A stretch of 57,306 nt of DNA, taken from positions 1 through 57,306 of IMG/VR virus record IMGVR_UViG_3300007778_000005; one strand, written 5' to 3'. Positions 1-9,477 of the stretch are shown in pieces (position 1 is the first letter of the stretch; each line of letters opens with the position of its first letter). The stretch is from a virus (Duplodnaviria > Caudoviricetes). The translations under genes and the position numbers were made by a program. The notes below the pieces were generated by a model that was not told the origin of the DNA, ran no database searches, and saw only the letters and a program-made list of their open reading frames with translations.

Positions 1-246
1 AAAGACGGTGTACTATTTGTTGAAGGTAAGAAAAAGGAAAGCGAAGAAGATGCTAAATATCTGCACAAAGGTATTTCAGCTCGCGCCTTCCGTCGAAGCT
101 TTACTCTAGCTGATACAATCGTTGTACGTACCGCTGACTTAAGTCAAGGTATTCTTACAATTGATTTAGAGAATGTTATTCCTGAAGAGAAAAAGCCTCG
201 TAAAATTCAAATTGGTAGTTTTGAAAAACAACTCCTAAATGAATAA
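1..246 (+). CDS. hsp20: Small heat-shock protein (Hsp20/IbpA family), 3' part; 5' end outside window
   Basis: Frame +1 hand translation KDGVLFVEGKK...YLHKGISARAFRRSFTLADTIVV..ADLSQGILTIDLENVIPEEKKPRKIQI..NE* matches the alpha-crystallin C-terminal half with IxI tail; stop TAA at 244-246; absent from ORF track. Confidence 0.92.
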   Translation, partial: KDGVLFVEGKKKESEEDAKYLHKGISARAFRRSFTLADTIVVRTADLSQGILTIDLENVIPEEKKPRKIQIGSFEKQLLNE

Positions 247-287
247 ATAAACTTGCGGGCGATGATTACCGTTTTATAGTCCGCACT

Positions 288-311
288 GGGGAGCGCAAGC
301 TCCCCTTTTTT
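288..311 (+). terminator. Intrinsic terminator after hsp20
   Basis: GGGGAGC-GCAA-GCTCCCC stem with GNRA tetraloop followed by TTTTTT, between convergent genes. Confidence 0.9.
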
Positions 312-2064
312 ATTTTGGCATGCCGTATGCGTCACCACCGTTTAGTATATCGCCGAGTGGCCCTAATACTTGTACACTTGTGGCTTGGTTGCCAGCATGA
401 GTACTGTAAGTATCGCCACCAATAAAGGTAGGTGAATTTTGGAAAATAATAACAGGGCTATCTTTAATTGCGCCTGATGCAATACCTTCAGCCATTTTGG
501 CATTAAACGCTGCAGCACCACTTTTCATTGGTGTAATACCATTTAGTATACCCATCTCGACAAGATCATCGACATATTTGCCTGCCATATCCTGTACATT
601 TTTTGCTCTAGAACCTCCAACTAATTCTTTCCATTTATCCATAGATGCTAGAGCTTCAGTTGGATTATAACCTTTAGCGTCTAAATCATAAAATGTATCT
701 TTAGCAAAATCTTCTAAGAATTCATCTATCCATTCATCACGCGATGCGCCATACTTACGAGAAATATCAAATCTTTCATTTTCGCGTGATCTTGCAAATG
801 CTAGAAGCTCTTCCATAGCACCTTGTTTACCATTCATAATATCTTGCACAATTCTATCGCGTTGAGCAGAATTAATACCACCGCCGTCCGTTGGCAGTCT
901 TTCTTGGCCAAGAGCTTCTATCATTGCTGCTTCTGCTGCAGCTGCTTGACCAATTGCAGCTTCGGACAATGCTAATTGTTGTCTTCTTCTAGATTCTGCT
1001 AATGCCTGCGCAACTTTCTGTCTTTCTTGCTCTTCAAGTTGTCTGTTTTCTATATTAGCTTGTTCAATAATAGCTTCAGATTCTGCTATTTGTCTATTAA
1101 ATTCGTCCGCGGCTTTATCTTTTTGTTTTTTGATCCAACCGTCTATAATACCACCAAGCATAATAGCAGTTGCCGCTACTGCACCGATAAGTGCACCTTT
1201 TGGACCAAACATTGCACTTAAACCTAATGCCATGGCTGCGGCATCTGTTAAACCTTCGGCTCCTTCTTCACTTGCTCCAGCTTCTTTTAACCATCCTGCA
1301 ATTTCATCACCATAATATACTGCTATGCCGGCTGTTGCTAAAGCCAATCCCGCCGGCAATGAAGCTAATCTACCTTTTAATCCAGTACCTCCACCTGCAA
1401 GTACACCCGAAACAGCGCCTTTTACGCCGGCTGCGACCAAGCCACCGCCAACTACAGCGCTTACAACATCGTCCACACCAGTTTCATCGATCCATTTAGT
1501 GAAATCGTTAATTTTAGTTGATGCGTTATTAACAGCAGATGCAAAAGAAGACCATTTAATGATATTCAATTGGTCAGACATTTCTTTCCAATTAGTATTT
1601 TTAATACCATCTACCATGCGGTCAAATCCGCCATCAGTTTGTTCGTTAACATAACCTTTAATAAGATTGTACCCTACGAACAAACCAGCACCAGCCAAAG
1701 CCATGTTCTTAATGTTATTTAGATTAAATAGACCATCTATGGTTTTACCTAAACCATCGCCTATTTTATCAATTGTTTCATCAGTTCTACTTTGAGCTTC
1801 ACTCTGAGAAGTTGGTGGATCTAATTCTTGTAATTGCTCTCGAGTCTCTGCTCTTTCGGCGGCCTCTTGAGCAATCCCGAGTTGGGTGCGCATCATCGAT
1901 GTTTGTTCGACAATGTTAGTAGAAATAGTATTGAAGATACCTTCGAATCTATCTAGCTGAATTTTAACAGATCGAATAGAGTTGGTACCCGTATTACGAG
2001 TCAACTGTCCTTCGGCCTTTAGTCGTTCAATTATAGCCTTCGTCTGTTCTGATAATTCTGCCAT
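310..2064 (-). CDS. Putative baseplate hub / tail tape-measure protein (gp29-like)
   Basis: 584 aa, helical/coiled-coil with several Gly/Ala-rich hydrophobic segments; lies directly downstream of gp26-gp51; size similar to T4 gp29. Call rests mostly on synteny. Confidence 0.55.
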   Translation of the reverse strand: MAELSEQTKAIIERLKAEGQLTRNTGTNSIRSVKIQLDRFEGIFNTISTNIVEQTSMMRTQLGIAQEAAERAETREQLQELDPPTSQSEAQSRTDETIDKIGDGLGKTIDGLFNLNNIKNMALAGAGLFVGYNLIKGYVNEQTDGGFDRMVDGIKNTNWKEMSDQLNIIKWSSFASAVNNASTKINDFTKWIDETGVDDVVSAVVGGGLVAAGVKGAVSGVLAGGGTGLKGRLASLPAGLALATAGIAVYYGDEIAGWLKEAGASEEGAEGLTDAAAMALGLSAMFGPKGALIGAVAATAIMLGGIIDGWIKKQKDKAADEFNRQIAESEAIIEQANIENRQLEEQERQKVAQALAESRRRQQLALSEAAIGQAAAAEAAMIEALGQERLPTDGGGINSAQRDRIVQDIMNGKQGAMEELLAFARSRENERFDISRKYGASRDEWIDEFLEDFAKDTFYDLDAKGYNPTEALASMDKWKELVGGSRAKNVQDMAGKYVDDLVEMGILNGITPMKSGAAAFNAKMAEGIASGAIKDSPVIIFQNSPTFIGGDTYSTHAGNQATSVQVLGPLGDILNGGDAYGMPK

Positions 2065-2071
2065 TTATTTA

Positions 2072-2242
2072 CTACCTATTGTTCTTTTCGTTTTGTTTTT
2101 CTATGTAGTCTACTAGCATTCCAAAATAGATATCTCGTTCATAAGGTATCAGGTCTTCAATTTCTTTTATAGAATACTTATGGTGCTGTACCAAAGCGAA
2201 TATTTGTTTATAATATTCACCTAAATTGATGTGGCACAGCAT
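2072..2242 (-). CDS. gp51: Baseplate hub assembly protein (short gp51-like), 56 aa
   Basis: Hand translation MLCHINLGEYYKQIFALVQHHKYSIKEIEDLIPYERDIYFGMLVDYIEKQNEKNNR; L.QHHKYS..EIE.LIP.ERDIY motif; ATG overlaps the gp26 stop (TAATG); not in the ORF track. Confidence 0.85.
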   Translation of the reverse strand: MLCHINLGEYYKQIFALVQHHKYSIKEIEDLIPYERDIYFGMLVDYIEKQNEKNNR

Positions 2243-2943
2243 TAAGTAAAAAAAGTTCTCAACCCTTCAATTACAAATGTTTTATCATCGCCATTACTGT
2301 TAGTGTATTTAATTTCATGACGCAATCTTGGCATGGTCTCAAAAAAGTTTTGAATACCTGCAATTATATCAGTTGATAGATCGCCCATGAATTCGTCAAT
2401 CTGCTCATCAGAATAATCTTTAAAATCGTACACTTCATCTTCAGATGCGATTTTATCCAAACAAGATACCATAATGAAATAATTAATCAACGGATCTGTA
2501 GGATCTAAACCTACAATCTTCATGAATTCATCAATAGTTGGATATCTTAAAAATAACATCCATTCGTCGTTAATTTTAATTTTGTTTGAATGTGATTCGT
2601 TCCTAGTGACAGTAATGTTATCAATGTCAATAGCTAATTCTACTTTTTCTTTAGTATCAGGATCGGTAATAGAAAATGTTACTTGGTTATCAACGGATCT
2701 TGATCTCAATGCAATTTGGATATATTCTAAATCCATCATTGCTAATTCTGACACGTCTTTATCAATCAAACAATTATTAACAACTTGTTTAATTGCCAAG
2801 ACTTCTTGCAAAGGATCTTTTGATTCCTGTGCAACAAGTAAGATCTTTTCTTCTTTTACTCTGTACTGACGGTATTTAACTTTTTCGCCAGTTGATGGCA
2901 ACGTCAACTCAAAAATTGGAAGATCAATTTTAGGTAATCCCAT
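2242..2943 (-). CDS. gp26: Baseplate hub subunit gp26
   Basis: LPKIDLPIFELTLPSTGEKVKYR...VKEEKILL N-terminus and FFETMP...IEGLRTFF C-terminus typical of T4-like gp26. Confidence 0.9.
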   Translation of the reverse strand: MGLPKIDLPIFELTLPSTGEKVKYRQYRVKEEKILLVAQESKDPLQEVLAIKQVVNNCLIDKDVSELAMMDLEYIQIALRSRSVDNQVTFSITDPDTKEKVELAIDIDNITVTRNESHSNKIKINDEWMLFLRYPTIDEFMKIVGLDPTDPLINYFIMVSCLDKIASEDEVYDFKDYSDEQIDEFMGDLSTDIIAGIQNFFETMPRLRHEIKYTNSNGDDKTFVIEGLRTFFT

Positions 2944-2960
2944 TATATACTCCTAATAAA

Positions 2961-3731
2961 TTAAAAATAACTCTTGATTCTATTACTGATATTATCGAAA
3001 TCGTTTCTTGCTTTGTTATATGTATTGACCGCATCTTGCACAGATTCAGGAATTAGATTTTGTCCAATAACTTGTCCAATATTGCCAACTGCATTTATTA
3101 GACTTAATAAACCATTACCACGGCCAAAGCGAGCTGCAGGATTACCAAATCTTTCGCCTGAATAACGAATAGCGTCATATTGGAAACTTACTGGCAAAAC
3201 TGAGAAACTATCATTATTTTCCCATGCCAAATCCACATCGCCCATTTGAATAGGAAATGCTTTTTCTAATACAACTTCATAGTAACGGCCGGTTTTAGCG
3301 TAATCGGATGAATAATGTCTGATAACAATAGTACATGCATATTCGTCTTTGTAATTAATCTCAAAGGGTAACATACCATCTACCTCAGCAAATGGTCCTG
3401 CTGCTGTACTATAGTTAACAATTTGCTGAGCCCAACCATGGAAGAATGAAAGAACTTGTTTATCGGAATCTAACATAAAGATTGCTTGAATAGGCTCAGG
3501 ATTAAAACCCATTGGAAATACTTTACGCAATTGACCTACACCTTCGTAAGTTGCGACATTAAAGTTCATTCCCGGAATTGCTACGTTTTTACAGAAGAAA
3601 GCAAGATCGCGAGAGTTTGCTCTAGATCTTGTACCTGGCGCATTGATGATTTGAACTTCAAACAATGAACTACGATCCGGGCCGCCGAACCAATCCATTT
3701 GCGATTTGAATTCATTTATTCTGAAAGCCAT
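2961..3731 (-). CDS. Tail tube-fold protein (gp54/gp19 family; probable baseplate tail-tube initiator)
   Basis: FEVQI...FFCKNVAIPG...L.KAFPIQMGDVDLAW...V.FQY tube-fold motifs; sits between gp2 and gp26. Confidence 0.75.
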   Translation of the reverse strand: MAFRINEFKSQMDWFGGPDRSSLFEVQIINAPGTRSRANSRDLAFFCKNVAIPGMNFNVATYEGVGQLRKVFPMGFNPEPIQAIFMLDSDKQVLSFFHGWAQQIVNYSTAAGPFAEVDGMLPFEINYKDEYACTIVIRHYSSDYAKTGRYYEVVLEKAFPIQMGDVDLAWENNDSFSVLPVSFQYDAIRYSGERFGNPAARFGRGNGLLSLINAVGNIGQVIGQNLIPESVQDAVNTYNKARNDFDNISNRIKSYF

Positions 3732-4357
3732 TATCTGCCTCTTATGATTCTTCTAGAATCTTTGTATACTTGGTTAGCAGTAGCGCCAACAAATTTCTGA
3801 GTTGGTAAGAACAATGCGATATCCCATTCGGTCGGGTTAATATAAGCCGGCTTTGTTCTTACATGAGCGCTCAAGTAATGTTTAATTGTAGGTTTAAACT
3901 CTTTAAACTTAGCTGCTCCATTTAAAATGTTATATGACGCTTTTAACCTTGTAGTTTCGTTAAAATCTTTATTATTCAAAACAGTATACAACTGATCCAT
4001 TAGTTTAGCTCTTAAAATGGGTGGCAAATAATGCATGTTAATTCCTAAGAACCCACCTTTAGCCTTATTTATTGGAAAAACTAATGGAAATCTATCATAA
4101 TATGGCAACGTGTCTTTATGCTTTGGATCATAAGCAAATAGATACATATTGCCCATCATAAAACGATTCGTATTATTACGATCTTCATCTGCACGTATTT
4201 CACGAATTAATCTATCGCCTTGTGATCTGTTTCTCTGAGTACGTGCAATACCCCGTGCTTGTTCACGATACCATTCGCGTGCTTTGGCAGTACGAGCTGG
4301 CATTTGACCGCTGCGAATACCTTGTAGTAGAATGTCGTCGAATACCTTTACTGCCAC
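3731..4357 (-). CDS. gp2: DNA end protector protein gp2
   Basis: MYLFAYDPKHKDTLPYYDRFPL, GFLGINMHYLPP..RA, KHYL motifs. Confidence 0.93.
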   Translation of the reverse strand: MAVKVFDDILLQGIRSGQMPARTAKAREWYREQARGIARTQRNRSQGDRLIREIRADEDRNNTNRFMMGNMYLFAYDPKHKDTLPYYDRFPLVFPINKAKGGFLGINMHYLPPILRAKLMDQLYTVLNNKDFNETTRLKASYNILNGAAKFKEFKPTIKHYLSAHVRTKPAYINPTEWDIALFLPTQKFVGATANQVYKDSRRIIRGR

Positions 4358-4815
4358 TATTTAATTCCTAATTCGTGTTCTGTGTAAATCTTAAATTCCC
4401 ACCCGCGTTGTGCGCAATATGCTCGAGCTGCTTTCCATTTAGCTTCATTGATACCCCAAGTCTTAACCTCGTTAAGATACCTTCTTGAAACTCGACCTGT
4501 CTTAGTCTTGTTTTTATTCTTAATATCAGGCGGTCTAGTTTGTGCCTTGGGTTTAATCTCGATCATAGTCGTCATAGCCTTTCCTTCATGTGTTTTTCTG
4601 TGTACAATTACATCAGGAAAGTATCTATGTCTTTTTCCATCTATTGGTGAATAATATGGTATTGCCACTTCTTCACTTTGCCACCAAATCACATCAGGGT
4701 GTTCATCAACAAATCTAAAAAACTTAAACTCCCACATCGACCTATAGAAAATTTTAGACGGATCACCCTTATATTTGCCAGGGTTCTTGGGTCGAAACCT
4801 TCCATTATAAGCCAA
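4357..4815 (-). CDS. gp4: Head completion nuclease gp4
   Basis: AYNGRFRPKNPGKYKGDP..I.YRS.WE, RYFPD, IEIKP, NEAKWKAA motifs; TTG start with GAGGTG SD. Confidence 0.93.
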   Translation of the reverse strand: MAYNGRFRPKNPGKYKGDPSKIFYRSMWEFKFFRFVDEHPDVIWWQSEEVAIPYYSPIDGKRHRYFPDVIVHRKTHEGKAMTTMIEIKPKAQTRPPDIKNKNKTKTGRVSRRYLNEVKTWGINEAKWKAARAYCAQRGWEFKIYTEHELGIK

Positions 4816-4834
4816 ACTTCACCTCACAACTCAG

Positions 4835-4842
4835 TATAAATA
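4835..4842 (+). promoter_or_regulatory. T4-type late promoter for the gp48 operon
   Basis: Exact TATAAATA in the gp4/gp48 intergenic region. Confidence 0.85.
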
Positions 4843-4857
4843 GATTTAGTCATATTC

Positions 4858-4865
4858 TATTTATA
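4858..4865 (-). promoter_or_regulatory. T4-type late promoter for the gp4 operon
   Basis: TATTTATA on + (TATAAATA on -), about 40 nt upstream of the gp4 start. Confidence 0.85.
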
Positions 4866-4882
4866 ACTAAAGGCAATATCTA

Positions 4883-5962
4883 ATGGCAACTACAAATCCT
4901 AGCAGATACAAAGAGAAGCAAAGGCAAAAAGGCGTTAATAATCACTTAACGTTTCCTACTACGCAGACTGCCCATAGCATTATGTTTGTATTTAAGAAAT
5001 ACGAATACTCATCTTTGTATAGTGGGTTTACCGGTATCGATGCTTTTGGATTTGACGCAAATGGAAGATCCAAAGAAGTATTTGGGGATCCTAGAAATAA
5101 TAGAAGAACCGGTGCAGATTTGGCTGGTGTCAATTCTATACAACTTCCGTTTCCAAAACAACTTAATGATAGCAGTAGCCTTAGGTTAAATGGGTTTGAA
5201 ACAAGCGGTTTATTTGCTCAAGCTGCACAAGCCATGGCACCTTATTTTAAACAAGAAGGTGGCACTACAATAAAAAATATTCCATCATTAATACAAAAAT
5301 TAGGCTCTAATGCTGCACAAGTAGTCAACGCAACCGATGATGCAACAGCCAAAAAAATTCTACAAGACGTATTAGGAACTAGTACTGAATCTGTAGTTAA
5401 CGCTGCATTGTATTTTATGAGAACTCAATTAGGTGGAGATATGGGAGCAGCTATCAATGCAACACGTGGAGGTATACTTAACCCCAAAGAAACTCTTGCA
5501 TTTGAAGGTGTTAACTTAAAAACGCATCAATTTAATTGGGATTTGTATCCGAGTAACAGACAAGATTCTGAAAGAATAAGACAAATTGTTAACAGATTTA
5601 AACAGAACATATTACCAAAAACACAAACTGAAGTGTTATTTAACCAACCAATTAATTCCGCTATCTTACAATACCCAGCCGTAGTGGACATTTATTTGTT
5701 GGGCGTTGATGAAACTCATTATATGAAATTTAAACCTAGTATTGTTTCCGACTTTGGTGTTGATTATGGTGCAGGCGGTGGCGTATCAATAATGAAAGGT
5801 GGTAAACCTGCTGGTGTAAATCTTTCATTAACATTACAAGAACTAGAAATCCATACTTCAGAAGATTACGGCGACGATGTTAGAGATTCAGAAATAGAAG
5901 GTGTTGTTAACGAAGGAATAATTGGATTGGATAATTCAGGATCATTTGGAGGACTTGCTTAA
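4883..5962 (+). CDS. gp48: Baseplate tail tube cap gp48
   Basis: IQLPFP..L.D, NPKETLAFEGVNLKTHQFNWDLYP.N..DS..I..I, L.YP, LSLTLQELEI motifs; first gene after the divergent late promoter. Confidence 0.85.
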   Translation: MATTNPSRYKEKQRQKGVNNHLTFPTTQTAHSIMFVFKKYEYSSLYSGFTGIDAFGFDANGRSKEVFGDPRNNRRTGADLAGVNSIQLPFPKQLNDSSSLRLNGFETSGLFAQAAQAMAPYFKQEGGTTIKNIPSLIQKLGSNAAQVVNATDDATAKKILQDVLGTSTESVVNAALYFMRTQLGGDMGAAINATRGGILNPKETLAFEGVNLKTHQFNWDLYPSNRQDSERIRQIVNRFKQNILPKTQTEVLFNQPINSAILQYPAVVDIYLLGVDETHYMKFKPSIVSDFGVDYGAGGGVSIMKGGKPAGVNLSLTLQELEIHTSEDYGDDVRDSEIEGVVNEGIIGLDNSGSFGGLA

Positions 5963-6339
5963 TGGCTAAATATTTTGAAGACTTTCCAGTTATTGAATAC
6001 GAAGGACAGTTAGTAAAAGATCTTACGCGCAGAAATAGTTTTACTAAGGTTGTTTCTCAAAACCCGCTTGTATATTTACCTTATACAGTCGAAGAAGGCG
6101 AAAGGCCTGAAGACATTGCGCAATTTTACTATGGATCTACCGATTATACGTGGTTGGTGTATCTAGCAAATAATATCATGGACCCATATCATGAATGGCC
6201 TAAATCTGTTGCAGAATTTAATGATTACATTAAAGCTAAATACGATGAGCAGTCGGGTAAAACGGGAGACGAAATCGTTGAATGGATTCGTGATCCAGAT
6301 GAAGATGATAATATCTTATTTTATTATAAAGAGGTTTAA
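5962..6339 (+). CDS. gp53: Baseplate wedge protein gp53, N-terminal (LysM-like) part
   Basis: YFEDFP.I.Y, YTVEEGERPEDIAQFYYGS.DY.WLV.LANNI.DP..EWP motif. Confidence 0.88.
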   Translation: MAKYFEDFPVIEYEGQLVKDLTRRNSFTKVVSQNPLVYLPYTVEEGERPEDIAQFYYGSTDYTWLVYLANNIMDPYHEWPKSVAEFNDYIKAKYDEQSGKTGDEIVEWIRDPDEDDNILFYYKEV

Positions 6340-6342
6340 TAG

Positions 6343-6600
6343 ATGGCTGTTGATATAGTAAAACTTTCTCCAGAATCGTTTAGAACAATCTATCTTCGTA
6401 AAGAGGATAGGATTATCTTACGTACTGAGCAAGGACGTAAAATTATCATCAAACGTATTATTCCTGAAGAGTGGAAACCTTGGAGAATTTACGACGATGA
6501 ATACGCAAAAAACGAAAATAAGAAAGAAATCTTTTTAATTGATAGAGCGTATTTACCGCAAATTTCTGAAGAATTTAGAAGAAAAATAAGAAATAACTAA
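6343..6600 (+). CDS. gp53 C-terminal-like protein (second part of split gp53)
   Basis: Ends YDDEYAKNENKKEIFLIDRAYL..I.EEF, resembling the gp53 C-terminal Y.YE...NE.KR.I.L motif; own SD (AAGAGGT); same frame as upstream ORF after TAA-TAG. Confidence 0.7.
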   Translation: MAVDIVKLSPESFRTIYLRKEDRIILRTEQGRKIIIKRIIPEEWKPWRIYDDEYAKNENKKEIFLIDRAYLPQISEEFRRKIRNN

Positions 6601-7967
6601 TGAGCGATTATAATCCTTCAACGGCTGATATTAAAAAAGCTGCCATTTATTCTTATGGCGGTAGGGAAACAGATATCTCAAAATTTATTGTGTCATTTGA
6701 ATTTTCTCAATCGATGAATATGACGAGCTATCGTGCATCAGTGACACTTTATGAAACAGTTGGATTATTAGAAAACTTTCCGTTAAGAGCCGAAGAATCT
6801 ATAGCTTTGGAAGTACAGTCTAATGATATGGGAACAGTTGTTAGACTGTTTGGCAAAATCCATCGAATAGATAACATAAAGCCTTCTGAAAGTAATAACG
6901 GTGTTATGTACACTTTACATTTTATATCTAATACTTCGTTTGAAGCAAGTAAAAGAATTATTACTAAAGCGTACACAGATTCAGTAGGTAAAATTGCTAA
7001 GCAAATATTCCAAACTTACTTTTCAAATTTGGGTGCAGAAAATACCAAAGATGTTAATGGTAACTCTTTAGTGCTCAAAACAAAAAGACATGAATTGAAA
7101 GCTGACGATAATAGAAATTTTTATTATCAACCCGCTAACAGTACAATTAACGCAATCATTCCTAGGTATAATCCATTTAGAGCAATAGGTCATATAGCTT
7201 CGCAAGCTTATGGGCAGGAAGGTACATCGCATAGTTTTAAATTCTTTGAGACATTTGAAAACTATTATTTTGCGACCGACGATTATTTCATAAAGCAGCA
7301 TACCGAGAATCCTAACACAATTAGAAAATTCTTTTTTGCTCCGATAGCTTCTGCTGCACCTAATAATCCTATAACTCAACTTAACAGACTTGACACTTTT
7401 TCTATTGATAACAAAGGATCTAATAGTATAGAAGATATGCATAATGGTGCATATAAGAATAAGATTATTGAATTAGATCTCGTTAGAAGAAAGGTCAATA
7501 TGTATAACTTTGATTATACTAAAGATGCAAAATATATTGATATGTCTGGTAATCCTAGAAACTTGGATGACGTACCATATACAAAAGAATTTATGAAAGA
7601 TACTTTTACAGACGAAAATGCTAGAAGATTTTTAACATTTAAAGATTATCAAGATGATAGCAGCAAACCGGTAACAAGTGTTAATCCTCCAAGGTTTTTG
7701 CCTCAAATTATATCGAATCGTGTTTCATATTATCATCATTTAAATAATACGAGAGCTACTGCTACAACGAAAGGCAGATTAGATCTTAGACCCGGTATGA
7801 TAATAGATATTGATATTAAAAATTTAGATAGTACTTCTAAATTAAAACAAGGCAATGCTTCTCTTTCTGGAAATTATTTAATTAGATCGGTTAAACATAA
7901 TAGAGGCACCGATAGTGTATTAAATACTACATTAGAGTTAGTTAAATTTGATTGGAGTAAAGGTTAA
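6600..7967 (+). CDS. Putative baseplate hub protein (gp27-like)
   Basis: Position between gp53 and gp5; F.FFET..YYF and G..DLRPG.II...LSGNYLI.SV.H C-terminal motifs of hub proteins. Confidence 0.65.
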   Translation: MSDYNPSTADIKKAAIYSYGGRETDISKFIVSFEFSQSMNMTSYRASVTLYETVGLLENFPLRAEESIALEVQSNDMGTVVRLFGKIHRIDNIKPSESNNGVMYTLHFISNTSFEASKRIITKAYTDSVGKIAKQIFQTYFSNLGAENTKDVNGNSLVLKTKRHELKADDNRNFYYQPANSTINAIIPRYNPFRAIGHIASQAYGQEGTSHSFKFFETFENYYFATDDYFIKQHTENPNTIRKFFFAPIASAAPNNPITQLNRLDTFSIDNKGSNSIEDMHNGAYKNKIIELDLVRRKVNMYNFDYTKDAKYIDMSGNPRNLDDVPYTKEFMKDTFTDENARRFLTFKDYQDDSSKPVTSVNPPRFLPQIISNRVSYYHHLNNTRATATTKGRLDLRPGMIIDIDIKNLDSTSKLKQGNASLSGNYLIRSVKHNRGTDSVLNTTLELVKFDWSKG

Positions 7968-7969
7968 TA

Positions 7970-9463
7970 ATGAAAGAATACGATATAGGAATATCTGATC
8001 CATTATTTTTCATTGGTGTTATTGAAAATAATGTAGATCCTCGTCTAGAAGGACGAGTACAAGTTCGTGCGTTTAACGTACATGGAACAAATAAAGATAT
8101 TGCTACCGAAGATTTGCCTTGGGCCATCGTAGTATCTGGTAACTATCTTCCTGACTTTTTGCCTCCTATTAACTCTTGGGTGTTTGGTACATTCCTTGAT
8201 GGACGCTCAGCTCAGCATCCAATGATTCTAGGTTTGATTCCCACACAATTCACCGAAGAGTTTGATCCTGAAGTTGATGGTTGGGGTTGGATAGGTAAAG
8301 GCATGGGAGTACTTGCACAAGGTTCAAGAGCAAAGGATTTTGGCAATCCGCAAAATTCTAATCTATCTCGTGGTGAAAACTTAACTGAAACTTACGTATT
8401 AGAACAAGAAATGAATCGTAAGTTGAATCAAAAAGTTGCAGGTTCTGAAGATACTATTGACGAGCCAGGTTCTGCTTACAATGCACAATACCCATATAAT
8501 AAAGTAATTGAAACTGCAAACCATAGTATAGAAATTGATGATACTCCGGGTGGTGAAAGAATTATGATTTGGCATAAAGAAGGTTCTTATGTTCAAATCG
8601 ATTCTCGTGGTACTGTTACTGAGAAATCCGTTTCTGACAAATACGAAGTTATCGATCGTAAGCAACACGTAATTGTTGGCGGATCGAGCGTAGTTACAAT
8701 TAATGGTAATAGCCATGTGTATGTTAAAGGTAATAAGATCGAAGAAGTAGAAGGCGATCTTAAAACATTAGTACATGGTAACTATATGCTGTCAGTTGGT
8801 GGTTCAGAAACTGTACTAAATGGTAGTGAGAATATGCAATTGAGAGCAGGCGACGTCAAGGTTGAAGCTAACGCTGGCACATTATCTCTTAAAGCAAATA
8901 AAGAAATGCAATTATCATCTGGTAATCTTGGATTCCCGTATGGTGCAATTTCTATTAAGTCAGAAAAGATTCTTGTAGATGCAACTGATAAATTGCATAT
9001 GAGAGGTAATACTCAAGTTAACGTACAATCAATTGCTGAAATGAATTTATCAGCAGTTACAATAAATCAACTATCTGCAGATTGGAATTCATATGCAGCA
9101 CTTACAAGTACATTATCATCTGGTTTAACAACTGATATTACTGGTACAATTGATGTAGCAATTGGTGGTGGCTCGCAAGTTAACGTTAATGCAGGTTTTG
9201 TAAATATTGATAACTTTGTTAATATGGCGAATGGTTTAGCTCGTACACCTATAAGTTCTGCAACTATTGCGCCATCATTCATTCCTGATTTTACGGGTAA
9301 ACCATTTATTCCGGGATCAGGTTTCCCAGAAATTGCTTGGGCCGCGGCTGCTGTTAAAGCGCCAGAACCTGTTTCAAAATCTACATCTATTTCTGGCAAG
9401 ACTGAAGGTTCATTAGGTTCAGCTGGTGCAGCAGCGCAAGATCACGACGGTTCAGACGAATAA
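7970..9463 (+). CDS. gp5: Baseplate central spike gp5 (OB-fold plus beta-helix; no lysozyme domain)
   Basis: FFIGVIENNVDP..GRVQVR...H..LPWA, WVFG.FLDG..AQ.P.ILG; YPYN.V.ET..H..E.DDTPG.ERI; V.G repeats. Confidence 0.92.
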   Translation: MKEYDIGISDPLFFIGVIENNVDPRLEGRVQVRAFNVHGTNKDIATEDLPWAIVVSGNYLPDFLPPINSWVFGTFLDGRSAQHPMILGLIPTQFTEEFDPEVDGWGWIGKGMGVLAQGSRAKDFGNPQNSNLSRGENLTETYVLEQEMNRKLNQKVAGSEDTIDEPGSAYNAQYPYNKVIETANHSIEIDDTPGGERIMIWHKEGSYVQIDSRGTVTEKSVSDKYEVIDRKQHVIVGGSSVVTINGNSHVYVKGNKIEEVEGDLKTLVHGNYMLSVGGSETVLNGSENMQLRAGDVKVEANAGTLSLKANKEMQLSSGNLGFPYGAISIKSEKILVDATDKLHMRGNTQVNVQSIAEMNLSAVTINQLSADWNSYAALTSTLSSGLTTDITGTIDVAIGGGSQVNVNAGFVNIDNFVNMANGLARTPISSATIAPSFIPDFTGKPFIPGSGFPEIAWAAAAVKAPEPVSKSTSISGKTEGSLGSAGAAAQDHDGSDE

Positions 9464-9477
9464 GGTAGGATAAAGAA

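Noticed and set aside
1027-1654. Short + strand ORFs opposite the 584-aa gene, and similar antisense ORFs throughout the track
   Set aside because: They fully overlap well-supported genes and have no recognisable motifs; typical antisense shadows
6337-6342. Stop-codon reassignment (TAG readthrough) as the cause of the gp53 split
   Set aside because: TAA precedes TAG; other genes end normally at TAG (2072, 18695) or TGA (25810), and very long ORFs are intact under the standard code
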